Positions 19,453 through 28,898 of a stretch of DNA of 60,975 nucleotides are shown here, piece after piece; position 1 is the first letter of the stretch, and the number at the start of each line of letters is the position of its first letter. This DNA is from Minisyncoccia bacterium (GTDB lineage: Bacteria; Patescibacteriota; Minisyncoccia; Phycocordibacterales; UBA5272). Where the stretch lies: the NCBI GenBank assembly GCA_038326985.1, contig JBBQKQ010000004.1, positions 1 through 60,975 on the forward strand. The letters are read 5' to 3'. The notes under the pieces were generated by a model that ran no database searches, had not been told where the DNA came from, and worked only from the letters and a program-made list of their open reading frames with translations. The position numbers and the translations under genes are program-made.

Positions 19453-20673
19453 TTATTGCCCGATTTTAACCACGTGGTCAACAAGAGTGCGAGTGTAACC
19501 ACTTTCGTTATCATACCAAGCCAAAACTTTTACCAAGTTTCCTCCTACAACTTTTGTAAATTGTAGATCTGCAATTGAAGCATATGGCTCTCCTAGAATA
19601 TCTGAAGAAACCAAATCTTCTTCTGTTACTGAAAAAATATTTTCCCATTTTTTATTCTTAGCCGCATCTTTTAAAATATTATTCACTTCTTCGGTAGTGG
19701 TATTCTTTTTAGAAATAAATGTTACGTCCACTATAGACCCTGCGGCTACTGGTACACGAAGTGAAATTCCGTCAAAAAGACCAGTAAGCTTTGGAAAAGC
19801 TTTTGTTACTGCAATAGCTGCACCAGTTGTACTTGGTACAATATTTTGTGCAGCCGCACGCCCCTCTCGGAAATCTTTTTTACTTGGGGCGTCAACTAAA
19901 GCTTGTGAAGCTGTGTAGCCATGAGTAGTAGAAAGCAAAGCTTTTTCTATCCCCAGTGCTTCATCTAAAATAGATATTAGTGGCGAGGCTGCATTGGTAG
20001 TGCAAGATGCATTAGAGGTTATTGTACAAGTTTTAAGTTTTTCATCATTTATTCCCATTAATACAGTTCCTTGTCCTGCGTCTGTTGGTTCGTCTTTTGC
20101 GGGTGCACTTATTACTACTTTTCTTGCACCTGCTTTTTCCGCATGCACTTTTGCATCAGCAAATTTTACAAATAGTCCTGTGCATTCTACAACTACATCA
20201 ATATCTAGTTTGCCCCATGGTAAATTTTCAGGGTTTTTTTCACTTAAAAATATTACTTCAGAGTTACCAATTTTCAACTTTCCTGGAATGACTTTTATCT
20301 CAGGGTTTTTTGTATCTGCTAAAATTCCTTTATCAATTACTCCTACTTCAAATTTTGCTTTTTTATAAACAGTGTCATATTTTAAAAGGTAAGCCAAATT
20401 TTCAATATTCCCAAGGTCGTTTATTGCAACTATTTCTACGTCGTCTCTCTCCATTGCTTGACGAACAAATGCTCGCCCAATTCTTCCAAATCCATTTATT
20501 GCTACTCGCACTTTTTTACTTTGCACCATAGGTGTATTCATAACTTTTTCTTCTTCTACATTCATAGCTAGTAATTCTGTTTTAACAGTTTTTGCTTTTC
20601 TCGCACCTCTTGTTTTCTTGATTGGTTTCGCATTCGAAGAAAACATATTTTTAATATTATTTAATAATTTCAT
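19453..20673 (-). CDS. gap: Glyceraldehyde-3-phosphate dehydrogenase with N-terminal extension
   Basis: VAINGFGRIGR, SNASCTTN, STTGAA, WYDNE. Confidence 0.95.
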   Translation of the reverse strand: MKLLNNIKNMFSSNAKPIKKTRGARKAKTVKTELLAMNVEEEKVMNTPMVQSKKVRVAINGFGRIGRAFVRQAMERDDVEIVAINDLGNIENLAYLLKYDTVYKKAKFEVGVIDKGILADTKNPEIKVIPGKLKIGNSEVIFLSEKNPENLPWGKLDIDVVVECTGLFVKFADAKVHAEKAGARKVVISAPAKDEPTDAGQGTVLMGINDEKLKTCTITSNASCTTNAASPLISILDEALGIEKALLSTTHGYTASQALVDAPSKKDFREGRAAAQNIVPSTTGAAIAVTKAFPKLTGLFDGISLRVPVAAGSIVDVTFISKKNTTTEEVNNILKDAAKNKKWENIFSVTEEDLVSSDILGEPYASIADLQFTKVVGGNLVKVLAWYDNESGYTRTLVDHVVKIGQ

Positions 20674-20731
20674 ATGAGTGGAGTATAATACATATTTTCA
20701 AATTTTGTGTTAGAATACAGACACAAAACAT

Positions 20732-20803
20732 GGTTCCATCGTCTATCGGTTAGGACATATCCTTCTCAAGGATAGAAGCGGGGTTCGATTCCCCGTGGAA
20801 TCA
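20732..20803 (+). tRNA. tRNA-Glu(CUC)
   Basis: GGTTCCATCGTCTATCGGTTAGGACATATCCTT-CTC-AAGGATA...GGTTCGATTCCCCGTGGAATCA. Confidence 0.93.
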
Positions 20804-20996
20804 CAATAAAATAAAAATACCCATTTGCACTCTTCGGGTATTTTTATTTTATTTGGTTTTATAGGAATCGAACGGTCGGAAGAAATTGGGGATGGGGCCC
20901 CAATTTATGAGACGGGCCTGCGAGTGCCAAAAAATAACGAAGCAAAGCGAAGTATATTTTTTGTGCAACTTGTAGGTCGATTCCCCGTGGAATCAC
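20785..20996 (+). repeat. 20-bp duplication of the tRNA-Glu 3' end enclosing a ~170-bp non-coding element
   Basis: TCGATTCCCCGTGGAATCAC at 20785-20804 and 20977-20996. Confidence 0.8.
20805..20853 (+). terminator. Intrinsic terminator after tRNA-Glu
   Basis: AATAAAATAAAAATACCC / GGGTATTTTTATTTTATT inverted repeat. Confidence 0.75.
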
Positions 20997-21028
20997 TTAT
21001 AAAACACTGGTGCTCTGGAATACAAAAA

Positions 21029-22807
21029 TTAATTCACTGAAAGTGCGATATAGAAAGTTGTGCCCTCCTTTTCTTTACTCTCCACCCAAACAAGTGCGTG
21101 GTGAGCATCGACAACTTTTTTAACAATTGATAATCCTAGTCCTGAGCCTTCTACTTTTCTGTTTAATACGTTCGATGCTTGGTAGAATTTATCAAACAAG
21201 TGTGGAAGGGCTGACTCATTTATACCCTCACCAGTATCTTTTACTGCAATTACTACATTTTCCTCATCCGGGTTTATAACATAAATTGTAACCCCACCTT
21301 CTTCTGTAAACTTTATGGCGTTTGAAAGTAAATTAGAAATTGCTCTGTGCATATATCTCTTATCAAAAGTAGCAAAAGAATTTGTAGACTCATTATCAAC
21401 TTTCAAATACAAATTCTTTTTTGTATATAGTGGAATAAATTCTTTTATCTCGTCTTTCAAGAAAGTTACAACATCTGTTTTTTCTAAATTTAAAATAATT
21501 TTATTTGCGTCAAATTTTTGCAGATCTAGCATGTCATTTGCCATGTCAAGTAGCCGAGTAGTTTCTTCCGATATTTTTTCTACGTATTCATGCTGTTTGG
21601 TATTTAGCTCCCCAAGTTTACCTTCACCAAGAAGAGATGCGTATCCTCGAATAACCGTCATTGGAGTACGCAATTCGTGAGAAACTACAGAGATAAATTC
21701 ACTTTTTGTCCTTTCTCTTTGTTTGTCTTCGCTCACGTCTCTTTCAATTACTAATAGATAATCCACTTCTCCTTTTGCAGTTAAAATGGGTGAAATATTT
21801 GTAACCGACTCAAATTTTATTTTATCTTTTTTTAATCCAATACTAGTAAAGGAAACAGGTTTTTTAGTAATTAAAATTTCTTCTATTTTATCTTTCCATA
21901 ATTTCTCTTCTGATTCTTCGTGCCAAAGTTGGGTAATTTTTTTACCTTCTGCATTTTTAAAATCAATACCAGAATAATGACTTGTAAACTTGTTAAAATA
22001 ATTAATGTATAAATTTTTGTCCATTATAGCTATAATTTCATTAGCAGAGTCAAGTGCAAGCTTGAAACGATTCACTTCTAAAAGAGACTTTTCTTTTATG
22101 AAATTTGCTTGCAAGTCTTTACTCTGCATAGCTTCCGTAGTCATTCCAGCATTCATTTTTTCTTTTAATAAATCAGAAACGTATCTTGAGTATTTTTCCA
22201 AATTTTGAATTTCTAAAATTTTAGAATTTGTGTTTTTTATATTGTCGAACTTACCCACCAAAGCACTCTCGGCATTATCTGTTAGTATTTTAACCGGCTT
22301 AGATATTTTTCTTTTTGTTCTATATAATAAGAAACACAAAATTAAAGTTAGAAATCCAAAAATGCTAAGTAAAATTTGCTGCACAAATTGCCCAAAAATT
22401 ACAGAATTGTTTGTATTACTTTCTACCACAAAACACAAATTTACATTTTTCTTCACTGATATATATTTTGTAGAGCCATTTTTTGCATACTTACTACTTG
22501 CATCTAAAGAGGCTTTACATAAGTTGATTACTTCATTATCAACACTGAATCCATTACCAAAAATAGTTTTTCCTGTTTCGTCTATAACATAGGTAGTGTA
22601 AATTAGATTTTGAAAATCAAACGCAGTTTGCAAGTTATCTTTATTTAAACTTTTAAATTTAGCATCACGAATATACTCGATATTTTTTTCAATATATGTT
22701 TCTTCTTTTTTTTGAATTAAGTAGGATGCAACAAATGCAATACAGAAAAAAAATACAGCTAAAAGAATAGTATTTTTGAATATAATTTGCCAAGAAAAAC
22801 TTTTCAT
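21029..22807 (-). CDS. Membrane PAS-domain sensor histidine kinase
   Basis: Two TM helices, PAS/PAC, SHELRTP H-box, NLLSNAIKFT, DTGEGI, GSGLGL. Confidence 0.93.
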   Translation of the reverse strand: MKSFSWQIIFKNTILLAVFFFCIAFVASYLIQKKEETYIEKNIEYIRDAKFKSLNKDNLQTAFDFQNLIYTTYVIDETGKTIFGNGFSVDNEVINLCKASLDASSKYAKNGSTKYISVKKNVNLCFVVESNTNNSVIFGQFVQQILLSIFGFLTLILCFLLYRTKRKISKPVKILTDNAESALVGKFDNIKNTNSKILEIQNLEKYSRYVSDLLKEKMNAGMTTEAMQSKDLQANFIKEKSLLEVNRFKLALDSANEIIAIMDKNLYINYFNKFTSHYSGIDFKNAEGKKITQLWHEESEEKLWKDKIEEILITKKPVSFTSIGLKKDKIKFESVTNISPILTAKGEVDYLLVIERDVSEDKQRERTKSEFISVVSHELRTPMTVIRGYASLLGEGKLGELNTKQHEYVEKISEETTRLLDMANDMLDLQKFDANKIILNLEKTDVVTFLKDEIKEFIPLYTKKNLYLKVDNESTNSFATFDKRYMHRAISNLLSNAIKFTEEGGVTIYVINPDEENVVIAVKDTGEGINESALPHLFDKFYQASNVLNRKVEGSGLGLSIVKKVVDAHHALVWVESKEKEGTTFYIALSVN

Positions 22808-22827
22808 GTGTTATACTTTTAGTATAT

Positions 22828-23232
22828 ATGGAAAACGAAAAAGTACCAAAGATTTTCATTGTTGAAGATAATGTGGATATTTTAGAAATTTACCGCCTGC
22901 GCTTCGAAGTTGCGGGTTTCCAAGTTGTTACATCACCGAACGGTTTGGACTTTGTTTCCCGAATGCATGACGAAATGCCAGACGTTGTACTATTAGACAT
23001 TATGCTTCCGGAAATGGATGGCTTTTCAGTACTTCAATCTTTGAAATCAAATTTTGAAAATCCAGAGCTTAAAAAAATTCCTATCATTGCTTGGAGTAAT
23101 CTTTCTCAGGATGAAGATGTGGTAAAAGCCCTAAGTAGCGGAGCCCACTACTATTTACGAAAGTCTGACTATGAAGGTGATGACCTGGTTGAAAAAGTAA
23201 AAGATATTATAAGTAAACTAAAGACCTCTTAA
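22828..23232 (+). CDS. Single-domain response regulator (receiver)
   Basis: IFIVEDN, PDVVLLDIMLPEMDGF, conserved Lys; divergent from the kinase. Confidence 0.92.
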   Translation: MENEKVPKIFIVEDNVDILEIYRLRFEVAGFQVVTSPNGLDFVSRMHDEMPDVVLLDIMLPEMDGFSVLQSLKSNFENPELKKIPIIAWSNLSQDEDVVKALSSGAHYYLRKSDYEGDDLVEKVKDIISKLKTS

Positions 23233-23235
23233 GTT

Positions 23236-23856
23236 TTAAAAAATAAGATTAGAAACCAATTTACTAAGTATTGGAAAAACATAGGAGAAAATCTGTACTG
23301 CTAGAAAGATTGATATTAATATGGTTGGTAAAAAATAACTTGAAATTATGTTTTCGATTTTCTGGTTTATGTGCCAAGGCAATAAACCTGAGATTATTCT
23401 GTATCCGTCAGCTGGTGGAAAAGGAATTAGATTAAAAATTGCCAACGACAAATTTGTAATAGCAACTACGTAACAAAGGGATTTTAAAATCGATGAGCCT
23501 ACATTTGCACCTATAAGTATAAAAATTGCACTCAAAGTGAGATTCACTACAACTCCAGCCGAAGAAACTACCAAGTCTCCAAGTTTTCTTGGGTTTAGGT
23601 TATTCACATTTACCGGTACTGGTTTTGCCCAGCCAGCCAAAAGTGAAGAGCCTGTAAAAATTAATATCGCAGGTAAAACCATAGAGCCAAATAAATCAAT
23701 ATGTGGGATAGGGTTTAGGGTAAGTCTGTTTTGATAGTAAGCTGTTTTATCTCCAAAGTAGTAAGCTGCGTACCCGTGCGCAATTTCGTGGAGAATTACG
23801 GAGTATATAAGTACTAAAATTTGGAATATTATTGGTAATAGTGTTTCAGGTTGCAT
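23236..23856 (-). CDS. Site-2 protease (M50)
   Basis: HEIAH, FNLIPFPPADG. Confidence 0.92.
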   Translation of the reverse strand: MQPETLLPIIFQILVLIYSVILHEIAHGYAAYYFGDKTAYYQNRLTLNPIPHIDLFGSMVLPAILIFTGSSLLAGWAKPVPVNVNNLNPRKLGDLVVSSAGVVVNLTLSAIFILIGANVGSSILKSLCYVVAITNLSLAIFNLIPFPPADGYRIISGLLPWHINQKIENIISSYFLPTILISIFLAVQIFSYVFPILSKLVSNLIF

Positions 23857-23916
23857 AAGTCACTTTTTTATGTTAAAATTATATCACAGAAATCTTAAAG
23901 AGTAATAACTAAATTT

Positions 23917-24144
23917 ATGGCAAGTATATGTTTAATGTGTGCGAAACATTCTCAAAACGGTGGTAGATATTCCAACCGTACTCGTGCAACAAAGTTCCAA
24001 CCTGTTCCTGGTCGTTTTGGGGCTGGCGTTCGTAGATATCCAAACCTACAATGGGCACGTGTTCCCCAAGGTCCTCGTATCAAAATATGTACTCGCTGCA
24101 TAAAAGCTGGGAAACATCTTCAGCTCGCACCACTTGTAGCTTAG
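23917..24144 (+). CDS. rpmB: 50S ribosomal protein L28
   Basis: CxxC...SN...RRYPNLQ...KICTRCIK; hairpin + U-tract at ~24160-24191. Confidence 0.85.
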   Translation: MASICLMCAKHSQNGGRYSNRTRATKFQPVPGRFGAGVRRYPNLQWARVPQGPRIKICTRCIKAGKHLQLAPLVA

Positions 24145-24235
24145 TGTGAACCAGGATTAAAAAGATTTCAGGATTTTCCTGGATTTTTTTATTTTTAACA
24201 ATCTTGACTAATCCTAAAATCAAAAAAATCTCGGT

Positions 24236-25078
24236 TCAAAATGCTCTCCAAAAGTTTTTACCATCAGTTAAAATATTTATTGTTCCATCTTGATCAGTGC
24301 GAAATATTTTAATCCCAAATTTTTCACAAAGCTCGAGTACTGACCTATGTGGATGGCCGAAAGAATTATTTAATCCAGAAGATATAATTGCAACTTTTGG
24401 ATGGACAATTCTTAAAAACTCAGCATTAGAAGATGTGTCGCTTCCGTGGTGACCAAGTTTTAAAATATCACTTTGTAAACTAGATCCGTAATTTTGCACT
24501 AAAAACATTTCTCCAGCTTGGGGTAAATCCCCTGTGAGCATAAATTTAATTTTGTTATATGTAATCTGAGTTACAACTGAGTGAGAATTGGTATCACCGC
24601 CATCCATATTCTGCACTGGAAAAAGTATTTTAAAAATGACACCATCAGAAGTTGTAAAATTGAGTGGGTGATTTATAAAAACTATTTTAATATTTTTTTC
24701 TTTGGCTATTTTTAGAAGCTCGACTGCAAGTGGTGTGGCAGGATGATCATAAAATGAAGTCAGCAATACTTTTACCCGATAATTTTTTAAAACATTTATT
24801 AGACCCGTTATGTGGTCTCCATCCTCATGAGTTGCAATAACTATATCAATATCCCTCTCTAAAAAATTTAAATTTTCACCAAGTTTTGTAAGAGTCGTAT
24901 CATCTCTTCCTCCGTCTATTAAGACATGAGCATGGTTTGGAGTAGTTATTAAAATAGAGTCGCCTTGTCCAATATCCAAATAGGTTACTTTTAAATAATT
25001 GTTTTGCGACAATATATAACTTTCGGTAAAACCAAAAAGAGTTATTAGAAAAATTATAAATAATATTTTAACTCTCAT
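24236..25078 (-). CDS. comEC: ComEC C-terminal metallo-beta-lactamase domain protein
   Basis: LDIGQGDS, THEDGDHITG, LTGD, LGHHGS, FGHPH, RTDQDG. Confidence 0.9.
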   Translation of the reverse strand: MRVKILFIIFLITLFGFTESYILSQNNYLKVTYLDIGQGDSILITTPNHAHVLIDGGRDDTTLTKLGENLNFLERDIDIVIATHEDGDHITGLINVLKNYRVKVLLTSFYDHPATPLAVELLKIAKEKNIKIVFINHPLNFTTSDGVIFKILFPVQNMDGGDTNSHSVVTQITYNKIKFMLTGDLPQAGEMFLVQNYGSSLQSDILKLGHHGSDTSSNAEFLRIVHPKVAIISSGLNNSFGHPHRSVLELCEKFGIKIFRTDQDGTINILTDGKNFWRAF

Positions 25079-26567
25079 ATTTTTTAACTAAATAATATAT
25101 AAACATAAAATACAAAACATAGTAGAATTTTATAAAAGTTCCGGATATAATTATAGTAAAATTTGGAGTTAAGTAATTACCAATTTCTGCAATAGTTAAT
25201 ATTATTTTTATAACTAAAGTATTTAGAATTGTAACTGGAAGAATAGGAAACAAAGAAGTTATAAAAGTGAGAATCATTCCTGACAAAATAAATGGCTCAA
25301 CAAGTAAAGTAAGAAGTGTAGAAAATATGGGAATATTTTTTGAAAGAGTAAGGGTGTATGGGTCTACCGAAATTAATACTGCAAAAGCTATAGCAACAAA
25401 ATTTCTATAATATTTGTTTTCTATTTTTATGAACTCATTCTCTTTTAAAATTTTGTTAAATATTGGTACTAATACAAATACTGCAATTGAGGCTAAATAT
25501 GAAAGATGAAGCGAGGTGTTGTATAAAATGGAAAGTGGATTTATTAGTCCTAAAATTAAAATTGAAATAAGTAGACCTAAAACTGCGCCAGATTTTTTAG
25601 AAAATAATTCTCCTAAAATTGCTGTAGTGGCCATTATTCCAGCTCGGAGTGCCGGAGGATTAAGACCAGTAATAAAAATAAAAAACCAGGCAAATATGAG
25701 TGTCAGAAATACTCTACTTTTTCTGTTAAATTTCCTTAAAGACATATATAAAAGTAAAATTATAAAAGACACATTGGTTCCGGATAAAACTAGTATATGA
25801 ATTAAACCACTATTTTTAAAAATGTCTTTTATAGATTTTGTGAGATTTTCTGTTTCACCAAATGTTATTCCGTTGGCAACACTAGCGTATGGCTCATGCA
25901 AATTAATATTAACGTTATCTATTAATCTTTTTTTAAATTGAAATGTTTTATAAAGAAAAGTTTCATAAAAGTTTTTGTTAGAATTTACTATATGAAAATT
26001 TTGTGGAAATGAAACAGTTAAATTAGTATTATAAAAAATATCTTCATATTTTGAAAATTCAAAAAGTTTAGTCTTATCGGAAAAATGTCCTGTTTCATTT
26101 GTTTGCAGATCTGACTGGAAGGAGATTGTGTCAAAAATGCTTACTGCATTATTTGGTGAAACGAGTATCTTTATATACTTATCCTGAATTTTAGTCTGGC
26201 TATTATTAGTAATATCTAAAACATAACTTGGATAAATTATTAAATTTATAGAAGTTATAGATTCACTAACCTTTAAAACCTTTCCAGTTACAGTGTAAAG
26301 AGAGTTTGGATATGAAACATGGTTGGCATTTAAAGTTTCATATTTTGTGTAAAACGCTCCAAATATAAAAGATAAAAGAAAACAAAAAGGTAAAATTGTA
26401 TAAAAGACAAAATGGTTTTTAAAATCCCCTTTGTTTATAATGCTTTTAAAGAAACTAAAACCTATAAAACTAACCAAAACTATTAAACCTATAAAGTACA
26501 AGTCTAGGTTTATATTGGCTTCGGTAAATATACCCAATATGTAGCTAATGGCAAGGCCGACAATCAT
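25068..26567 (-). CDS. comEC: ComEC/Rec2 competence membrane domain protein
   Basis: GLIHILVLSGTNV, PALRAGIM, many TM helices. Confidence 0.9.
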   Translation of the reverse strand: MIVGLAISYILGIFTEANINLDLYFIGLIVLVSFIGFSFFKSIINKGDFKNHFVFYTILPFCFLLSFIFGAFYTKYETLNANHVSYPNSLYTVTGKVLKVSESITSINLIIYPSYVLDITNNSQTKIQDKYIKILVSPNNAVSIFDTISFQSDLQTNETGHFSDKTKLFEFSKYEDIFYNTNLTVSFPQNFHIVNSNKNFYETFLYKTFQFKKRLIDNVNINLHEPYASVANGITFGETENLTKSIKDIFKNSGLIHILVLSGTNVSFIILLLYMSLRKFNRKSRVFLTLIFAWFFIFITGLNPPALRAGIMATTAILGELFSKKSGAVLGLLISILILGLINPLSILYNTSLHLSYLASIAVFVLVPIFNKILKENEFIKIENKYYRNFVAIAFAVLISVDPYTLTLSKNIPIFSTLLTLLVEPFILSGMILTFITSLFPILPVTILNTLVIKIILTIAEIGNYLTPNFTIIISGTFIKFYYVLYFMFIYYLVKKYES

Positions 26568-27022
26568 AGACTTTTACCTTGTGCGTATAATTTTGCTATT
26601 TCGTCTACCCTTTCATTTCCTGTTTCACCGGTATGTCCAAATACATGAGTCCATTTTATTTTGATATTTTTATTTTTTATCTCTGCTAAAAGTTTTAAAA
26701 TTTCTTGCCATTTTTCTTTATTTAAAACTTCTTTTTTTTGTGAATTTTTCCAATTATTTTTTACCCAGTTTTGTACCCATAAAGTAGAACCTTGTATAAC
26801 GTATTTTGAGTCTAGCCTCATTTCAAATTTTTTACTATCACTTTTTGAAATTAGTCTTAGTGCAAAAATAGCAGCCTGCAATTCCATTTGGTTATTGGTC
26901 GCAGTTTTCTCCCCTCCACCAAATTCCCAGACTTTATTTTTCTCTGTATCCATGGCAAACACTCCCCACCCTCCTGGTCCTGGGTTTCCCAAACTACTCC
27001 CATCACAATAGATTATTTTCAT
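26564..27022 (-). CDS. rnhA: Ribonuclease HI
   Basis: DGSSLGNPGPGGWG, TNNQMEL, DSKYV, GHTGETGNERVD. Confidence 0.95.
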   Translation of the reverse strand: MKIIYCDGSSLGNPGPGGWGVFAMDTEKNKVWEFGGGEKTATNNQMELQAAIFALRLISKSDSKKFEMRLDSKYVIQGSTLWVQNWVKNNWKNSQKKEVLNKEKWQEILKLLAEIKNKNIKIKWTHVFGHTGETGNERVDEIAKLYAQGKSL

Positions 27023-27053
27023 TAGTTACATTATACCAAAACTAGAAAATAAG

Positions 27054-27111
27054 AAAATGTAGTTTCGGAGTGGTCAGACACTTGTTCATCTACGTGTAGA
27101 AACTATATTTT
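27054..27111 (+). repeat. Stem-loop element with conserved loop, copy A
   Basis: Arms AAAATGTAGTTTC / GAAACTATATTTT around GGTCAGACACTTGTTCATCTAC. Confidence 0.75.
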
Positions 27112-27118
27112 TTAATTT

Positions 27119-28867
27119 TCAAATTATCAACTTTAACCTTGGAATATTTGTTCTATACCCTCCTTCAATTTCAAAAAAAATTTCACACTTCTCAGAACTT
27201 AAAAATTTATCCTCAATTTCTTTTTCAAGCTTTTCGTCAACAAAAAACTTTACCGCTTCCCTGCAAATTTTTCCATTAGTCAAAATAACTTTTAAGTGTT
27301 CTTTTTTCTTTCCAAATCTTTCAAACTTTTTCTCTGCGATATCTACAATTTCAAAAATAGGTTTCTCATTGCCAGCTCCAAATGGACCAATTAAATTTAA
27401 GCCATTAAAAAAATCAGAATTTATTTTACTCAAATTTATTTGAATGGGTTTTCTTTTTTTATCATTTCTACTTTCCAAAATATTGGCTGCTATTTTAGCT
27501 TGCGTCCAATTTTTATTTAAAATATTTTCGAGCTCGTGTATTTTATTCTCCTCAACTGCAAACCCTCCACTCATTTCGTGGCCCCCAAAATGTAAAAATG
27601 TTTCTTTACAAATTGTCATGAGCTCGACCACATGTGTATCGCCTCTCCCACGAACACTTCCTTTTAAAATATTTTTATCTTCACCTACTCCCCAGACAAA
27701 AGCATTCACATTATATTTTTCAACAATGTTCATTGCTACAATTCCCACTACTCCAATATTAAAATCTTTACTCCCCACTACCAAAACCTCAGGCAATTTT
27801 CTATCAGAAGAATCTTTTATTCTTTTATCAATTTCTTTATAAACTTTTTTAACTATACTTGCAACATTTTCCTTTCTGTCCAAGTTTAAATTTTCTAATA
27901 TATTTGCTCCATCAATTCCCTCTTTTAAATCAGATGATAAAACTTTGAGTGCGGTGAGTGGGTGGTCCATTCGACTTGCCGAGTTTATTCTGGGTGCGAT
28001 AGAAAATGCAATATCAACTTCTCCAATATTTTTCAAATCTACTTTAGCGTTTTGTAAAAGTTGTTTCAGGCCTTCTCTTTTTGTTTTAGTTAAAACATGT
28101 AAACCAAAAATTGTAAGTGCCCTGTTTTCTCCGACTAGTGGCACCATGTCGGCAATAGTTGCTATGGCTACTAAGTCCAGTAGCCACTTTTCATAACCAA
28201 CTTGTATATTTTTAAAATATACATTCTCAGTTTCTTTTCCTATTTTTATAATTTCACAAATCAATTTCCAAGTTGTTCCTGTACCACATAAATTTTTATC
28301 TTCATATTTACAGTCAACTTGTTTATTGTTTATAATTCCGAATGCTTGCGGTAAATTTTCTTCACCGTTTAAAATAATTGGTAAGTGGTGGTCAGTAATT
28401 ATCACATCAATCTCTAAAGTGTTTGTATGGTCTACTTCTTCAATATTTGTTACCCCCAAGTCTAAAGTAATTATAAGTCTCACGCCCTCTTCATTTAATT
28501 TATTAATAGCATTTTTGTGAAGCCCATAACCTTCGTTATGTCGGTGTGGAATGTAGTAAATAACATTAGCATAATTTATTTTTTCGAAAAAGTCTTTGCA
28601 CATTGCAACTCCTGGCACGCCGTCACAGTCGTAGTCGCCATAAATACAAATTTTCTCACCCTTCTCTATCGCCTGTAAAACCCTTTTCCCTGCTTTCTGT
28701 AAATCTTTCATTTTTCCTTTAACTCTAGTTTCTTTTTCAAAATCAGGAAATAAAAAAGCCTCAACTTCTTTCTCAGTTTTTAATCCTAAAACCTCATTTA
28801 AGTATTTTTCTACAAAAGTTTTTGTTTCGGGTCTCAAAAGTTCCCACTTAAGTCTACGTTCTCGCAT
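27119..28867 (-). CDS. recJ: ssDNA exonuclease RecJ
   Basis: GDYDCDG, EGYGL, ITDHH, ADMVPLVGENR, PRINSASR, GGH. Confidence 0.95.
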   Translation of the reverse strand: MRERRLKWELLRPETKTFVEKYLNEVLGLKTEKEVEAFLFPDFEKETRVKGKMKDLQKAGKRVLQAIEKGEKICIYGDYDCDGVPGVAMCKDFFEKINYANVIYYIPHRHNEGYGLHKNAINKLNEEGVRLIITLDLGVTNIEEVDHTNTLEIDVIITDHHLPIILNGEENLPQAFGIINNKQVDCKYEDKNLCGTGTTWKLICEIIKIGKETENVYFKNIQVGYEKWLLDLVAIATIADMVPLVGENRALTIFGLHVLTKTKREGLKQLLQNAKVDLKNIGEVDIAFSIAPRINSASRMDHPLTALKVLSSDLKEGIDGANILENLNLDRKENVASIVKKVYKEIDKRIKDSSDRKLPEVLVVGSKDFNIGVVGIVAMNIVEKYNVNAFVWGVGEDKNILKGSVRGRGDTHVVELMTICKETFLHFGGHEMSGGFAVEENKIHELENILNKNWTQAKIAANILESRNDKKRKPIQINLSKINSDFFNGLNLIGPFGAGNEKPIFEIVDIAEKKFERFGKKKEHLKVILTNGKICREAVKFFVDEKLEKEIEDKFLSSEKCEIFFEIEGGYRTNIPRLKLII

Positions 28868-28898
28868 CCAAACATTCTACACTATTATAGTGTATATT

